Positions 9,764-19,681 of a stretch of 55,696 nucleotides of DNA are shown one piece after another (position 1 is the first letter of the stretch; the number at the start of each line of letters is the position of its first letter). Below the pieces are notes generated by a model. The model had not been told where the DNA came from. It saw only the letters and a list, made by a program, of their open reading frames with translations, and searched no databases. The stretch is from the IMG/VR virus record IMGVR_UViG_3300008110_007658. One strand, 5' to 3'. Source of the stretch: an uncultured virus (IMG/VR IMGVR_UViG_3300008110_007658). Its lineage: Duplodnaviria; Heunggongvirae; Uroviricota; Caudoviricetes. The position numbers and the translations under genes are program-made.

Positions 9764-10414
9764 TTACAATGAATTTAAGAATTCATTGAATAATGATAAC
9801 TTATAGTCCTCTAGAAGACCTTGATCAACCAAAGTATTTATTTTGTTATATGCTGATTGTGCAGCCTTTTCTCTAAGAACTCCACCATCCCATATCCATT
9901 CTTTGCCTTCCATAATTCCCTGAACAAAAGCATCAGGTGCAGAAGGGTCGGCAACAATATCAGCAGCAGTTGCTAACATAAAATCTTCACCAACTTCTTT
10001 ATAACCTTTTGTGTTCTCTCTTAATGAACCAATACCACGAGAAGAAACTCCAAGTGTTACTCCATCTTTAAGAAGAGATTCGGCAATCTTACCCATTGGG
10101 GTGGATAAGATTTGTGCCTTACCGATGAAGTTATTACCTTGACGATAAAGTTCTGTAATTTTATGAGAAACTCTATCAAGATTTACAGTAGGACCATCGG
10201 GGTGACCAAGTTCTCCAAGAGCACGACCTTTTTGAACATACTGCTCATTATAACGATTTACTTCACGCTCCATAATCTGCATGGGATACATTCTCCCATT
10301 GCGATTGACACATTCTGCTTGTAAGAATGGTCCTTTAATGTAGAGTTTTGCTTGCTTACCAGTTCCTTCGGTAATAACCTCTACCTTTTCTATTTCTTCT
10401 CTGATAAGTTTCAT
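9764..10414 (-). CDS. gp21: prohead protease
   Basis: NRNGRMYP, ALGELGHP, GVSSRGIGSL, DIVADPSAPDAFV. Confidence 0.97.
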   Translation of the reverse strand: MKLIREEIEKVEVITEGTGKQAKLYIKGPFLQAECVNRNGRMYPMQIMEREVNRYNEQYVQKGRALGELGHPDGPTVNLDRVSHKITELYRQGNNFIGKAQILSTPMGKIAESLLKDGVTLGVSSRGIGSLRENTKGYKEVGEDFMLATAADIVADPSAPDAFVQGIMEGKEWIWDGGVLREKAAQSAYNKINTLVDQGLLEDYKLSLFNEFLNSL

Positions 10415-10965
10415 TATGCTTGTCCTGAAATTTGTACTTGTTGGTAATATAAAGTTCCAGATCCAGCACCAAATGCTGATACCTTGTTGGAGGCAATAAC
10501 CGCTGCGTCTGGTGATGCAAATGCAGTTACGATTCCAGCACTGTTGTAATCAACAACCATTCTGGTTTGATAATACCCACCAACATTTGAAGTTGTATCT
10601 ACAGAAACAACCCTTTGATGAGTGAAGTTGTAATAGGTCTGCCCCGATGCAGTCAGAGATACATAATCACCAACTCCAAATGGAACTTGAGTTCCTTCTG
10701 GTACAGTGACAGTTGTAGTTGTTCCGGTTGTTATGCCAACAACTCTATTAGATGCTTTTGTCAATGCAATAGTTTCAGTTCCCCCAGATGGGACATAATA
10801 ATCTGCTGCTGTTGCAGATGGAGTTGCTCCAACCGAAATAAAAGCAGCACCACCTACAGCAACTACTCTCAAAACACTTGATTGAACTGTAAATGCTGAT
10901 GAAGTTGATGCAGCACCCGCTGTAAATGTGAATGAGGATCCAGCCCCAACTGGTCTATGTGCCAT
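10414..10965 (-). CDS. putative virion structural protein (A/G/S/T/V-rich, beta)
   Basis: 183 aa, coupled to the gp21 start, preceded by AATAAATA at 10991-10998. Confidence 0.7.
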   Translation of the reverse strand: MAHRPVGAGSSFTFTAGAASTSSAFTVQSSVLRVVAVGGAAFISVGATPSATAADYYVPSGGTETIALTKASNRVVGITTGTTTTVTVPEGTQVPFGVGDYVSLTASGQTYYNFTHQRVVSVDTTSNVGGYYQTRMVVDYNSAGIVTAFASPDAAVIASNKVSAFGAGSGTLYYQQVQISGQA

Positions 10966-10990
10966 TATTCTTATAATTACGTTTATTAGT

Positions 10991-10998
10991 TATTTATT
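10991..10998 (-). promoter_or_regulatory. late promoter (AATAAATA)
   Basis: ATAAATA core in the gap upstream of the 183-aa gene. Confidence 0.65.
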
Positions 10999-11004
10999 AA
11001 TTAA

Positions 11005-12333
11005 TTATCTTTGTTCAATCCAAGTCATAGAACCATAGGCAACTGCATTAGTCACACCAGTATCCAAAACTGCAACTGCAAGAGTAAGAGTATCGCTAAT
11101 AGTTCCAATGCCACTTCTACCAATTTGGTATTGAGTATCCTTATCTAAACGAATACCAGTACCACCACTACCTTGAATAATAAATCCACTATCCAAATCA
11201 ATACCATCAGTCCCAATTCCAGTAGCAGTCCTATTGTATTGTGTAAAAGCATTTTCATCGGGCATATCAGCCCAAGTTCCACCAGTCAAAGATGCGTTTC
11301 TGATAAATTTATACCCCAAACTAATAGCAGTTGAATTTACAGATGGACTTGCTTGATACAAACTTGCTGCTTGGAAAAATGTAGGAAGAACTACACCAGT
11401 AAGTGTTGTTGGTTTCAGACGAATTGAAAGGAGTGGATAATAAGTTTGTGCTACTGGTAGAATTTTACCAGTGACTGCGGTTCCAACATTCTGTGCAATA
11501 CCTAACTTATCAGTAAATCCTTCTGAAACCAAAGAATTAGAACCCTGATACAAATAATGAGGACCAGTGGAAACCCCTGTAGTGTTCTTAATTTCTAAAC
11601 GAATTGGAAGAAATGGAGTTTTGCACCAAGGATAGGGAAGACGGTTTCCTGTATTGATTGTATGAATGGTGTGTACTTTCCCATTTATCTCATAGTGAAA
11701 TTTAATCTGCCCAGCACCATACCACTCATATTCCATAATAATCATTTGCTGTGCAGATGGAGAAGCAGTAATACCACTCGGTCCATTACCGTCTAACTTA
11801 TCTCCATTCCATTCTGAACGAGTATATCTTTCGGTAATAATTCCACTAACACCATCACTATTAATTAAAACACAAGCATAATCACCGCCATTATCCTCAA
11901 AATAAAAACCATCTTGTCCATCAAATAACCCAAATCTTCTACGGACACCAGATTTTGGTGGTTCTAATCTGATAGCAAAAGCAAGTTCTGCGGGTCTTCC
12001 AGGAATGTATCTCATCACATTTCTGGTTTGACGAATGACTTCTGAACCTGCAGAAGAAGTCACAGACATTCCAACACCACTTATAGTGTAATCCCAGTAT
12101 GCTGTTGCACCAACACTAACTCTGGTATCCCATACATCAGTCTCAATTCCATACTGAAATGTATTGAAGAAAATAGTTTCTGGAGTAGATACTTTAAGTC
12201 GTCCTTTACTTGTTACCTCAATGTTTTGAAGATATGTGGGAAGAGGATTAATATCTGTGACTGTTACAATACCAGTAGAACCAAATGTTCCAAATCCTAT
12301 AGATGCTGGTTGGGGAAGGGGATTGTAAGACAT
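11005..12333 (-). CDS. hypothetical beta-rich protein, possibly lectin-like virion component
   Basis: 442 aa, aromatic/beta-strand rich (RRFGLFDGQDGFYFE, EYEWYGAG), inside the head operon. Confidence 0.7.
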   Translation of the reverse strand: MSYNPLPQPASIGFGTFGSTGIVTVTDINPLPTYLQNIEVTSKGRLKVSTPETIFFNTFQYGIETDVWDTRVSVGATAYWDYTISGVGMSVTSSAGSEVIRQTRNVMRYIPGRPAELAFAIRLEPPKSGVRRRFGLFDGQDGFYFEDNGGDYACVLINSDGVSGIITERYTRSEWNGDKLDGNGPSGITASPSAQQMIIMEYEWYGAGQIKFHYEINGKVHTIHTINTGNRLPYPWCKTPFLPIRLEIKNTTGVSTGPHYLYQGSNSLVSEGFTDKLGIAQNVGTAVTGKILPVAQTYYPLLSIRLKPTTLTGVVLPTFFQAASLYQASPSVNSTAISLGYKFIRNASLTGGTWADMPDENAFTQYNRTATGIGTDGIDLDSGFIIQGSGGTGIRLDKDTQYQIGRSGIGTISDTLTLAVAVLDTGVTNAVAYGSMTWIEQR

Positions 12334-13229
12334 TATACTAAGAACCAGTTAGAACCGTTGTAAAAATAAGTAAAACTTTGATGATTGATTTTCATCACAA
12401 CTGAAGTATCGTTTTCGACACTTACTCCAGCACCTACCGTGACTGTGATATTATATGTAGATATTTTATTGCCTTCATCTTTTACAGTAATTTTTTTACC
12501 AGTAATGGGAAATGTTGGTAATCTGATTTCCACAGGAACATCAGCACTCACACCAATATAGTCATCAGTATTACTTGCTGCATAATAAGTGGTGATTCCA
12601 GTAACAGAAACTATTGTTGTATTTTCAGAATCACTTGGGTCAGTAAATTCTGCTCTGTTTGTTGTTGAATTCCACTGCAAATACTTTCCATTATAAGCAT
12701 TAGAATTGGTTGCAACGCCTACAATATCATCAAGATATCTTAATTGTGTTTCACCACCTCCACCTAATGTAGAAAGTTGTTGTTGAATTCTTTCTAAAAA
12801 TAATCTATAATGCTTTTGCAAATCATCAAGAGTTGCAAAATTTTGATTCAGATGAGTTAGTGGATCATTCTGAACTTTAACATTTGATGGTTCGGAAAGA
12901 AGTCCTAAAGATTTTTCAATGAGTGTTGATTCTTCTTTGGGTTTTTCTGAAATTTCTTCTACTATATTATCTACAATCTCTTGAACTTCTTCTATTGGCT
13001 GCTCTTTTACTTTCTCAGAATACAACCAATTTTCAAAAACTTGTAGAGATTTTTCTTCTTTTTTCTTTTTTATTTTGTTCTTTTTTTTAATAGTGGAGAC
13101 TTCTTCAAATATTGAATCTAAGTTCAAATCTCCAACAAGAGATCTAAACTCTTCTTTCTTTTTTTTCTTTTCGGAACTTATAGTTGAAAAAAAATCCGAA
13201 AGATCTATATCTACTCCGAAGTCATCCAC
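12333..13229 (-). CDS. hypothetical protein: charged N-terminus, GGGG linker, fibre-tip-like C-terminal domain
   Basis: GTG start, 298 aa; STLGGGGETQLRYLDDI then DDYIGV...RLP...GKKITVKDE...YNGSNWFLV. Confidence 0.7.
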   Translation of the reverse strand: MDDFGVDIDLSDFFSTISSEKKKKKEEFRSLVGDLNLDSIFEEVSTIKKKNKIKKKKEEKSLQVFENWLYSEKVKEQPIEEVQEIVDNIVEEISEKPKEESTLIEKSLGLLSEPSNVKVQNDPLTHLNQNFATLDDLQKHYRLFLERIQQQLSTLGGGGETQLRYLDDIVGVATNSNAYNGKYLQWNSTTNRAEFTDPSDSENTTIVSVTGITTYYAASNTDDYIGVSADVPVEIRLPTFPITGKKITVKDEGNKISTYNITVTVGAGVSVENDTSVVMKINHQSFTYFYNGSNWFLV

Positions 13230-13232
13230 TTA

Positions 13233-13391
13233 TCACTCTTCCTCTTCTACTTCATCAAAAAGAGATGATGCTACTGCAGGACGAAAAGAATCAATCTTTT
13301 CTGCAGATTTTGCGAAAAGTAAGTCTTTAATTTTATCGCTAATCTGAGAGGGGGACTCATCAGCAGCAATCATATCTAGTAAATCATCCAT
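13233..13391 (-). CDS. small acidic prohead core protein (gp67-like)
   Basis: Uncalled 52-aa ORF MDDLLDMIAADESPSQISDKIKDLLFAKSAEKIDSFRPAVASSLFDEVEEEE, right after the portal gene where T4 gp67 lies; GATAAATA at 13416-13423. Confidence 0.75.
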   Translation of the reverse strand: MDDLLDMIAADESPSQISDKIKDLLFAKSAEKIDSFRPAVASSLFDEVEEEE

Positions 13392-13421
13392 AGTTTTAAA
13401 TTAGGCAATCGTTGTTATTTA

Positions 13422-15137
13422 TCAGATTTCGCCGCCCTTAGGCATCTTTGCAATACTTGCATTCATTTCTACAGCCTTTCCATCTGCTTCTGTTGCTCCT
13501 CCACCAGATGCCCCATCAGTATTTGGTTCCATAACAGGTCGTCCGAGGTCCATTCCCACAGAGGTTTGGTCTAATGGCATTCCGGTCATTGGATCAACTG
13601 GTGCATTTGGATCGGGAATAATTCCATCTGCAATTTCTTTCTTCATCAATTTATCTTGATCAACAATTTCTTGATCAGTTTGGCGAAGAATTTTGCGTCT
13701 TACATAGTCTTGCGAGAAATATTTACCAATATATGGCTCTGCAACTTGAACCATATTCAACCTTTCATTCAGAAGTTCTGCATCCTTGAGTTCGGCAAAA
13801 TGGTTGTCATACAGGAAATCATATTGAATATGCTCATTCATAATCTCCCAATCTTCAGGAGTAATGATATTCTTGAGAATAAGTTGAGTTCTCAGCATAT
13901 CACTAAACATATATGAGAATCTTTTTCTCAGTCTAGCAACAAACTTGCTGAATTTAACTTCATCGCGAAGAATCTCTGATGAACGACCTAAGTTGAAACC
14001 ACCTTCTCCATCCATTCTTGATGGTGGAACATTTAAAGAACGATAAAGTTTCTTTTTGAAATATTCAATATCGGTAATTTCTCCTAGGTTTTGACCACCT
14101 GGAAGTGTTGTAATCTCTGTACCTCTACCACCTTCACGGCGAGGTAACCAGAAATCTTCCAACATACTCATAAATTTCTTATCATCACGGATTTCTCCAG
14201 TTGATGCATCATATACAAGTTTGTTACGATAACGCATCATAACATCACGGAGATATTGTTCTGCCTTTACCTTAGGTAGATTACCTACATCAATATAGAA
14301 AATTCTACGCTCTGGAGCACGAGATAGTCGATAGATAACCAGAGAGTCTTCAATCATTCTTAGTTGATTGAGAGACTTGATTGCTTTGTGCAAATATGAA
14401 AGAGTTGACCCTTTATTTCTATCTACAAGACCTGAAGTGCAATATGCAATAGAATCTTTTGAGAACTTAACACCACCAGTACCACCCATTGCGGATGGGT
14501 TACTAGTTGGATAAGTCATCTTTGGATTATATACATAATATTCCTCAATCTCGGGAAATTCATACTGCATTGGGTCGTCAACATTTGTATTTGCCAACCG
14601 ATAAATCTTTTTATCCTTCTCAGTTTGCTTTTGTTGACGAACATAACGCATTTTCATTGCGTCAATATATCTAAGTTCTTGAATTCCTTCGTGGGGATTC
14701 TTAAGATCGATTACTTTATGGTAGTATAGTCTACCATCAACATACCAATTTCTATAAATTTCGTGTGACTTTTTATCAAAATCCAAAAGTTCTAGAATAT
14801 ATTTAAACTCTTCCCTAATTTTTTTCTTAATGCCATCACTTGCATTAAGATTTGACAGTTCAATTTGTACAGGACTGTCATTAGTATCTGATACGATTGC
14901 TTCGTTAACAATATCTTCAATGGCACTGTCACACTCCGGATGAAGTGCCATTTCGCGATATCTTTTTATTAAATCAAACTCAGTTCTATAAACACCTTCA
15001 ATATCTACATACGAACCAAAAAATCCACTACTTAAGTAAAAATCACTCCCGTCCTCACTATTAGGTGCAACGGGAGATACAATAGAAGGGGATGTTGGTT
15101 CTTGATCCTCAATAGAGAATCCAAACAATTTTGCCAT
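13422..15137 (-). CDS. gp20: portal vertex protein
   Basis: YRLSRAPERRIFYIDVGNLPK, EDFWLPRREGGRGTEITTLPGG. Confidence 0.99.
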   Translation of the reverse strand: MAKLFGFSIEDQEPTSPSIVSPVAPNSEDGSDFYLSSGFFGSYVDIEGVYRTEFDLIKRYREMALHPECDSAIEDIVNEAIVSDTNDSPVQIELSNLNASDGIKKKIREEFKYILELLDFDKKSHEIYRNWYVDGRLYYHKVIDLKNPHEGIQELRYIDAMKMRYVRQQKQTEKDKKIYRLANTNVDDPMQYEFPEIEEYYVYNPKMTYPTSNPSAMGGTGGVKFSKDSIAYCTSGLVDRNKGSTLSYLHKAIKSLNQLRMIEDSLVIYRLSRAPERRIFYIDVGNLPKVKAEQYLRDVMMRYRNKLVYDASTGEIRDDKKFMSMLEDFWLPRREGGRGTEITTLPGGQNLGEITDIEYFKKKLYRSLNVPPSRMDGEGGFNLGRSSEILRDEVKFSKFVARLRKRFSYMFSDMLRTQLILKNIITPEDWEIMNEHIQYDFLYDNHFAELKDAELLNERLNMVQVAEPYIGKYFSQDYVRRKILRQTDQEIVDQDKLMKKEIADGIIPDPNAPVDPMTGMPLDQTSVGMDLGRPVMEPNTDGASGGGATEADGKAVEMNASIAKMPKGGEI

Positions 15138-15158
15138 AATTTATTTTAATCTTTGCAC

Positions 15159-15166
15159 TATTTATT
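15159..15166 (-). promoter_or_regulatory. late promoter (AATAAATA) for gp20
   Basis: ATAAATA core overlapping the gp19 stop. Confidence 0.65.
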
Positions 15167-15737
15167 ATGCTTCTTCTGTGGTAGGTGTCCAGTATTGAAC
15201 CTGGAATTCTACCGTGAATTCCTCAATTGTATCTGAGGTATCGTATGAAAGATCAATTGCAGAGATATTTGTTGGGAAGATGCTGTAGAACTTGTATGTT
15301 GCAGCTCTTTCGAGACCAGAACCTGTGGCAATGTTGGTGCCTACATTACTAGCTCCTCTTTTGAACTGCTTTACGAATGCATCAACCATATATTCATTGG
15401 GGTTTGTAGCACCACTTCCATCACCATATTGTCCAATGGATTGCATCCACTGCTCCATTACGGTTCTAATTGCAAAATCTTGGTCGTTGATAATAGTAAT
15501 CGTCCAAGTATCAAATGTGCGGTCTCCTGCTACCTTGAAAATTCTTCCTCTAAAGGGAACATCAATAGAAGCAATATTTGACGCAGGTAAAGCAGCTGCT
15601 TTGCAAAGAATTGGGAAATTGGGTCCCAAAGTATTATTACTTCCGGGAATAGTTCCTGGTATAGTAACTTCAAATAGATTGGGACGAGCTCCGCCCCCTT
15701 GCAGTGCTGTTTTAAAGTCCTGGATTGAGTGTGCCAT
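15165..15737 (-). CDS. gp19: tail tube protein
   Basis: GGARPNLFEV, VPFRGR..KVAGDRTFDTWTITI, IEEFTVEFQVQYW; GGAGGA SD. Confidence 0.97.
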   Translation of the reverse strand: MAHSIQDFKTALQGGGARPNLFEVTIPGTIPGSNNTLGPNFPILCKAAALPASNIASIDVPFRGRIFKVAGDRTFDTWTITIINDQDFAIRTVMEQWMQSIGQYGDGSGATNPNEYMVDAFVKQFKRGASNVGTNIATGSGLERAATYKFYSIFPTNISAIDLSYDTSDTIEEFTVEFQVQYWTPTTEEA

Positions 15738-15770
15738 TTTTAAGTCCTCCTTTTTGTTTATTTAATAAAA

Positions 15771-17954
15771 TCAAACTGTACCAGCTACTTCTTCAAAACT
15801 TACGCCAGTGCGAGTAGCAACAAAAGTAAGAGTTACATAATTAATTGACTTTGTAGGCTTCAGATAGATATCAGCTCTAAATTCATTGTTATCAATGACA
15901 TCAGGAGTATTATTTGAGGTGTCGCAAACAACAAGGAATCCATAGAGACCTCTCTTTGCCTGAACATCACGGAGGTAAGGTTCAACAATATTTCTAAAGT
16001 TTGCTCTAGTGAGTTCATCGTTCAATTCAAAAAGTTGAGCTTGTGCTGCTTTTTGTAATGCCTGCTCAACTGTCAGGAACAAGCGACGAACATTGATGCG
16101 ATCAAATGCTGACGCATATCCAAGAGCAGTTTTATCACCGAAAAGAATAGTACCTACACCAGGTTGAGTTGAAATTGCATTAACTCTTTGTGGATATAGT
16201 TGGTCTCTTTGTGCTTTATTTGGATTATATGCAAGTTTAATAACATTATTAAGAACTCCACGCTGCTGTCCTGCTGGCGAGAACCAAGGATATGCAACAA
16301 TATTTGTGCGGCACATTAAACCAGCAACATCAGCATTGCAAGGGATATATACAAACTTATTATTGAATCTATCATAGGTGTACTTGTATCCACTATCAAA
16401 TACTGCATAAGATGAGGATGAGAGTGAACTAAAGTATCTAATTAGGTTGTTTGTTTGAGTTGTAGTATTTGTAACACCAACTAGATCTGATCTGTGAGGT
16501 CCAACTGTTGCTACACAGTCCTTTCTTTGCTCTGCAAGTGAGATTAAATAACCTGCCTTTGCCTGAGAATCTGATACAGAATCGAGACCAGGACCCATGA
16601 TCAAGTAATCAACTTGAATTTCATCTCTGTTTGAGAAGAGTGAGTATGATGTTATAAGATCTCCAAGAGTTGTCTTCATTCCACCAGAGGCAGAATAATC
16701 AACACCGCCACCTAAGGCGTATGTTTTATTTCCAATTGCACTGAAGGTTACATCCTGGGCATCCAATCCCCATAGACCATCTCCATTTGATACTGCAGTG
16801 AATGCGGTTGAAAATCCAGTTGCTCTTGGTGCAGTTCCCCAATAAGTATCTGCAGCACTTGATGGATTATTTCCGGCATAAATTTGACTAGAATAATCTG
16901 CAAGGAATTGCTTGTACCAAATTTTCTGAGGAGAGTTAACTGCAGAAACCGAATCTAGTGCCTTTGAAAGACCAATATGCTTCTCAATGATTGTCCCTTG
17001 ATTTCCTGTGATTGTTCCAAGGTCATCAACAACAACTACATGAAGACCGTCATTTTTACCATTTCTCTCCAGAACATATTTGTTCGAAGTTGGTTTTGGT
17101 GCAATTGACTTCCAATAAATTGTGGAGTTTGTAAGTCCAAGAGTCTGATTGTCATACCAATCAGAAATAGATGCTGCTGTTGCAGTACCAGTTGTAATAC
17201 CAGAATTATTGACAAAATTGAGAGTGCTACTTGCTACATATGAAGCAAATGTTGCGCTTTCTGCATAATTAATTTGAGTTTCTGTTCCTGCAGAAGAAAC
17301 TCTCGATACAACTCTTACGTCAATTGTACTATTACCATTTGTAGTATCTGTAGATACTCCAGTAATAATTCCCTTCAGGTATCCATTGAAAGTTGAGGTT
17401 GTTCCTGCTCCAGGAATAACCACTCCGGAAAGTGTAGATGTTACGCCAAATCCAATTATGGCACCTAAAGAACCTAAATTGGTAGTTGTAATTCCGATTG
17501 TTTGATCTGCTAAATCGTCAATGAAGCAAACTTTTAATCCATTTGCCCAAGATCCAGGATTCTTTGCGGCAAAAGTAAAATTGGTTGCATCAATGTGATT
17601 TGCTTGATAATCATCGTAATTATCAATATCAAGAGAAGAAGTTGAAGCAATTCCAACACCAGCGTTTGCATTATTCAGTGTTGAACCACCAGTTCTAACA
17701 ACCTTAAGGACTCCACCATATGAAAGATAGGATGACGCGCTCATCCAATATTCATATTGCGAATCTGTACTTTGTGGTTTGCCGAAAGTATTGATTAAAT
17801 CTTGTTCGGTTGCAATGTCAACTGGATAATCTACTGGTCCAATGGGAAATGGTCCTGCAATTGCTCCAATGTTATCTAAAACATTATCAGCTCTTCCTAC
17901 TGTTAAATCAACCTCTCTGACGAGTACGCCTGGAGATAATTGAGGAGTCGCCAT
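15771..17954 (-). CDS. gp18: contractile tail sheath protein
   Basis: SPGVLVREVDLT, PWFSPAG, FDRINVRRLFL, NNTPDVIDNNEF. Confidence 0.98.
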   Translation of the reverse strand: MATPQLSPGVLVREVDLTVGRADNVLDNIGAIAGPFPIGPVDYPVDIATEQDLINTFGKPQSTDSQYEYWMSASSYLSYGGVLKVVRTGGSTLNNANAGVGIASTSSLDIDNYDDYQANHIDATNFTFAAKNPGSWANGLKVCFIDDLADQTIGITTTNLGSLGAIIGFGVTSTLSGVVIPGAGTTSTFNGYLKGIITGVSTDTTNGNSTIDVRVVSRVSSAGTETQINYAESATFASYVASSTLNFVNNSGITTGTATAASISDWYDNQTLGLTNSTIYWKSIAPKPTSNKYVLERNGKNDGLHVVVVDDLGTITGNQGTIIEKHIGLSKALDSVSAVNSPQKIWYKQFLADYSSQIYAGNNPSSAADTYWGTAPRATGFSTAFTAVSNGDGLWGLDAQDVTFSAIGNKTYALGGGVDYSASGGMKTTLGDLITSYSLFSNRDEIQVDYLIMGPGLDSVSDSQAKAGYLISLAEQRKDCVATVGPHRSDLVGVTNTTTQTNNLIRYFSSLSSSSYAVFDSGYKYTYDRFNNKFVYIPCNADVAGLMCRTNIVAYPWFSPAGQQRGVLNNVIKLAYNPNKAQRDQLYPQRVNAISTQPGVGTILFGDKTALGYASAFDRINVRRLFLTVEQALQKAAQAQLFELNDELTRANFRNIVEPYLRDVQAKRGLYGFLVVCDTSNNTPDVIDNNEFRADIYLKPTKSINYVTLTFVATRTGVSFEEVAGTV

Positions 17955-17988
17955 GTTTTTCTCCGTAAATCTCAGTTTATCTAAAAAA

Positions 17989-17996
17989 TATTTATT
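17989..17996 (-). promoter_or_regulatory. late promoter (AATAAATA) for gp18
   Basis: ATAAATA core in the gp17-gp18 gap. Confidence 0.7.
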
Positions 17997-18017
17997 AAAA
18001 TATCAATTTACATAACT

Positions 18018-19664
18018 CTACTGGTAATCCCACATATATGACATATCACCATATTCATCAGTAAACCATCTATCACCATCAGTATCTACAAAACTTTCAC
18101 TATCCAACCCATCTGAAACAAATCCAAAAGGTGCCATATCCTGCTCAATCTGATTTTTTTGCTCCTCATATAACCTTTTTCTAACATCTTGGTCAGTAAG
18201 TTCTTTAAAGTAATCTTGAGCAACTAGCCACGCATAGATTACAAGGCACATTGCCAAGTCGTCATTACATCCTTCTTCTGCCTCAAATGAATTGTGCTTT
18301 TGAATAAAAGTAGTTAACTCGCTAATTATTTCATAATCATTAAGATATAACTTATCCTCCTCAATCATAGTCTTAAGATTGAGACATCCAACTTTTTTTA
18401 CAGTTTTGGACATCTTTACACCAAGTTGAGTCTTTTTACCAGAGAATCCTTGCCCAACAATTTGACCTGCTCTACCACGCATAGAGCACATTAACAAATT
18501 ATTATATTCCAAATCATATTGAATAATACTAGCAACTTGATCACCCACATCATTTACTTCGCATAAGATATAAGCATCGTTATAACTTTTTGCAACATCA
18601 ACAATAATGCTTGGAAAAAGCATCGGTTTGATTTCATTGTTTCTATATTTTCCTACAACTTTATGGGGGAACTGTGTAATATCAACAATCGTAAATGCAG
18701 AATAGTCGTTTCCAACACCCCTAGCAACGTCTACAGTGAGCAAGTAATCGTGTTGCTCCTCTGGGTCGCAATATACATCTAAACCCGCACTACGGGTCTT
18801 AGGGTGGTCATAGACGAGGTTCCTGAGTTTGCTTGGTGCAATGAGAGTATCAACTGATCCTAAGAATTCGCATTCAAACTCAACTTTAAATTGCTGTTCA
18901 CTTGTGTTTGCAATAGTTTGTGCTTTCCACTTCTCATCCCTACCAGGAACTTCACTCCAGTGAACATCAGTGAAGATATATTCATTTTTTCCCTTCTCAG
19001 CATCATGCCACATGCGGTAGAAATGATTCATACCGTGAGGGGTGGAAACTATAATAACCTTAGTACTTTTACCTGAAGTAATCGTAGGATATACTGATGC
19101 AAAGAATGAATCTGCAATATGATTTGGAACGAACGCAAATTCGTCCAAGAATAGAATGTTGAATGACATGCCACGAACAGCAGATGCTGATGTGGAAGCA
19201 GCAAGAATTTTGGAACCGTTCTCTAATTCAAGTGAACCTTTGTTCCACGAAATAATACCCTGCTGCATCCACTTAGGTAAATTTTCATATGCAGTTTGTA
19301 GTCTATCAAGAAGTTCTCTTGCGGTCGCTGCTTTGTTTGCAAGAATACCTATGTTCACATTGTCATTAAAAACTGCATAGTGCAAAAGAAAAGATACTAC
19401 AGTAGTAGATTTTCCTGTCTGTCTAGGCATTTTGCAGATATTAAATCGGTGCCTGTGGAAATTATTAACCAATTTCTCTTGAAATGGATACATCTCAAAA
19501 GGCATTAATCCGTGGTCAAGTGTTACGATTTTTACATAATTTTTTGCAAAATAAACAGGATCATCCTTACACTTCATAAACTCAAGAATTTGCTCCTGAG
19601 TAAATTCTATAGAAGTATTTGCTTTTTTTAAATTCGGATTACCAAGATAAACATCATCTGCCAT
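18018..19664 (-). CDS. gp17: terminase large subunit
   Basis: YLGNPNLKK, Walker A PRQTGKST, Walker B ILFLDEFAF, STPHG, nuclease DVARG and NDDLAM. Confidence 0.98.
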   Translation of the reverse strand: MADDVYLGNPNLKKANTSIEFTQEQILEFMKCKDDPVYFAKNYVKIVTLDHGLMPFEMYPFQEKLVNNFHRHRFNICKMPRQTGKSTTVVSFLLHYAVFNDNVNIGILANKAATARELLDRLQTAYENLPKWMQQGIISWNKGSLELENGSKILAASTSASAVRGMSFNILFLDEFAFVPNHIADSFFASVYPTITSGKSTKVIIVSTPHGMNHFYRMWHDAEKGKNEYIFTDVHWSEVPGRDEKWKAQTIANTSEQQFKVEFECEFLGSVDTLIAPSKLRNLVYDHPKTRSAGLDVYCDPEEQHDYLLTVDVARGVGNDYSAFTIVDITQFPHKVVGKYRNNEIKPMLFPSIIVDVAKSYNDAYILCEVNDVGDQVASIIQYDLEYNNLLMCSMRGRAGQIVGQGFSGKKTQLGVKMSKTVKKVGCLNLKTMIEEDKLYLNDYEIISELTTFIQKHNSFEAEEGCNDDLAMCLVIYAWLVAQDYFKELTDQDVRKRLYEEQKNQIEQDMAPFGFVSDGLDSESFVDTDGDRWFTDEYGDMSYMWDYQ

Positions 19665-19681
19665 AATAAACTCCTTTTATA

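Noticed and set aside
13062..13192. Long T/A homopolymer runs as programmed frameshift sites
   Set aside because: They encode poly-Lys in an intact frame, and no alternative-frame product is evident.
15292..15765. Long plus-strand ORFs (also 23143-23589, 27747-28250, 20217-20579)
   Set aside because: They are antisense to well-supported genes, explained by codon bias, and show no recognisable motifs.
18018..19664. Intein or intron in terminase, gp46, uvsW, portal or capsid genes
   Set aside because: All are uninterrupted and of ordinary length, with no splicing or LAGLIDADG motifs seen.
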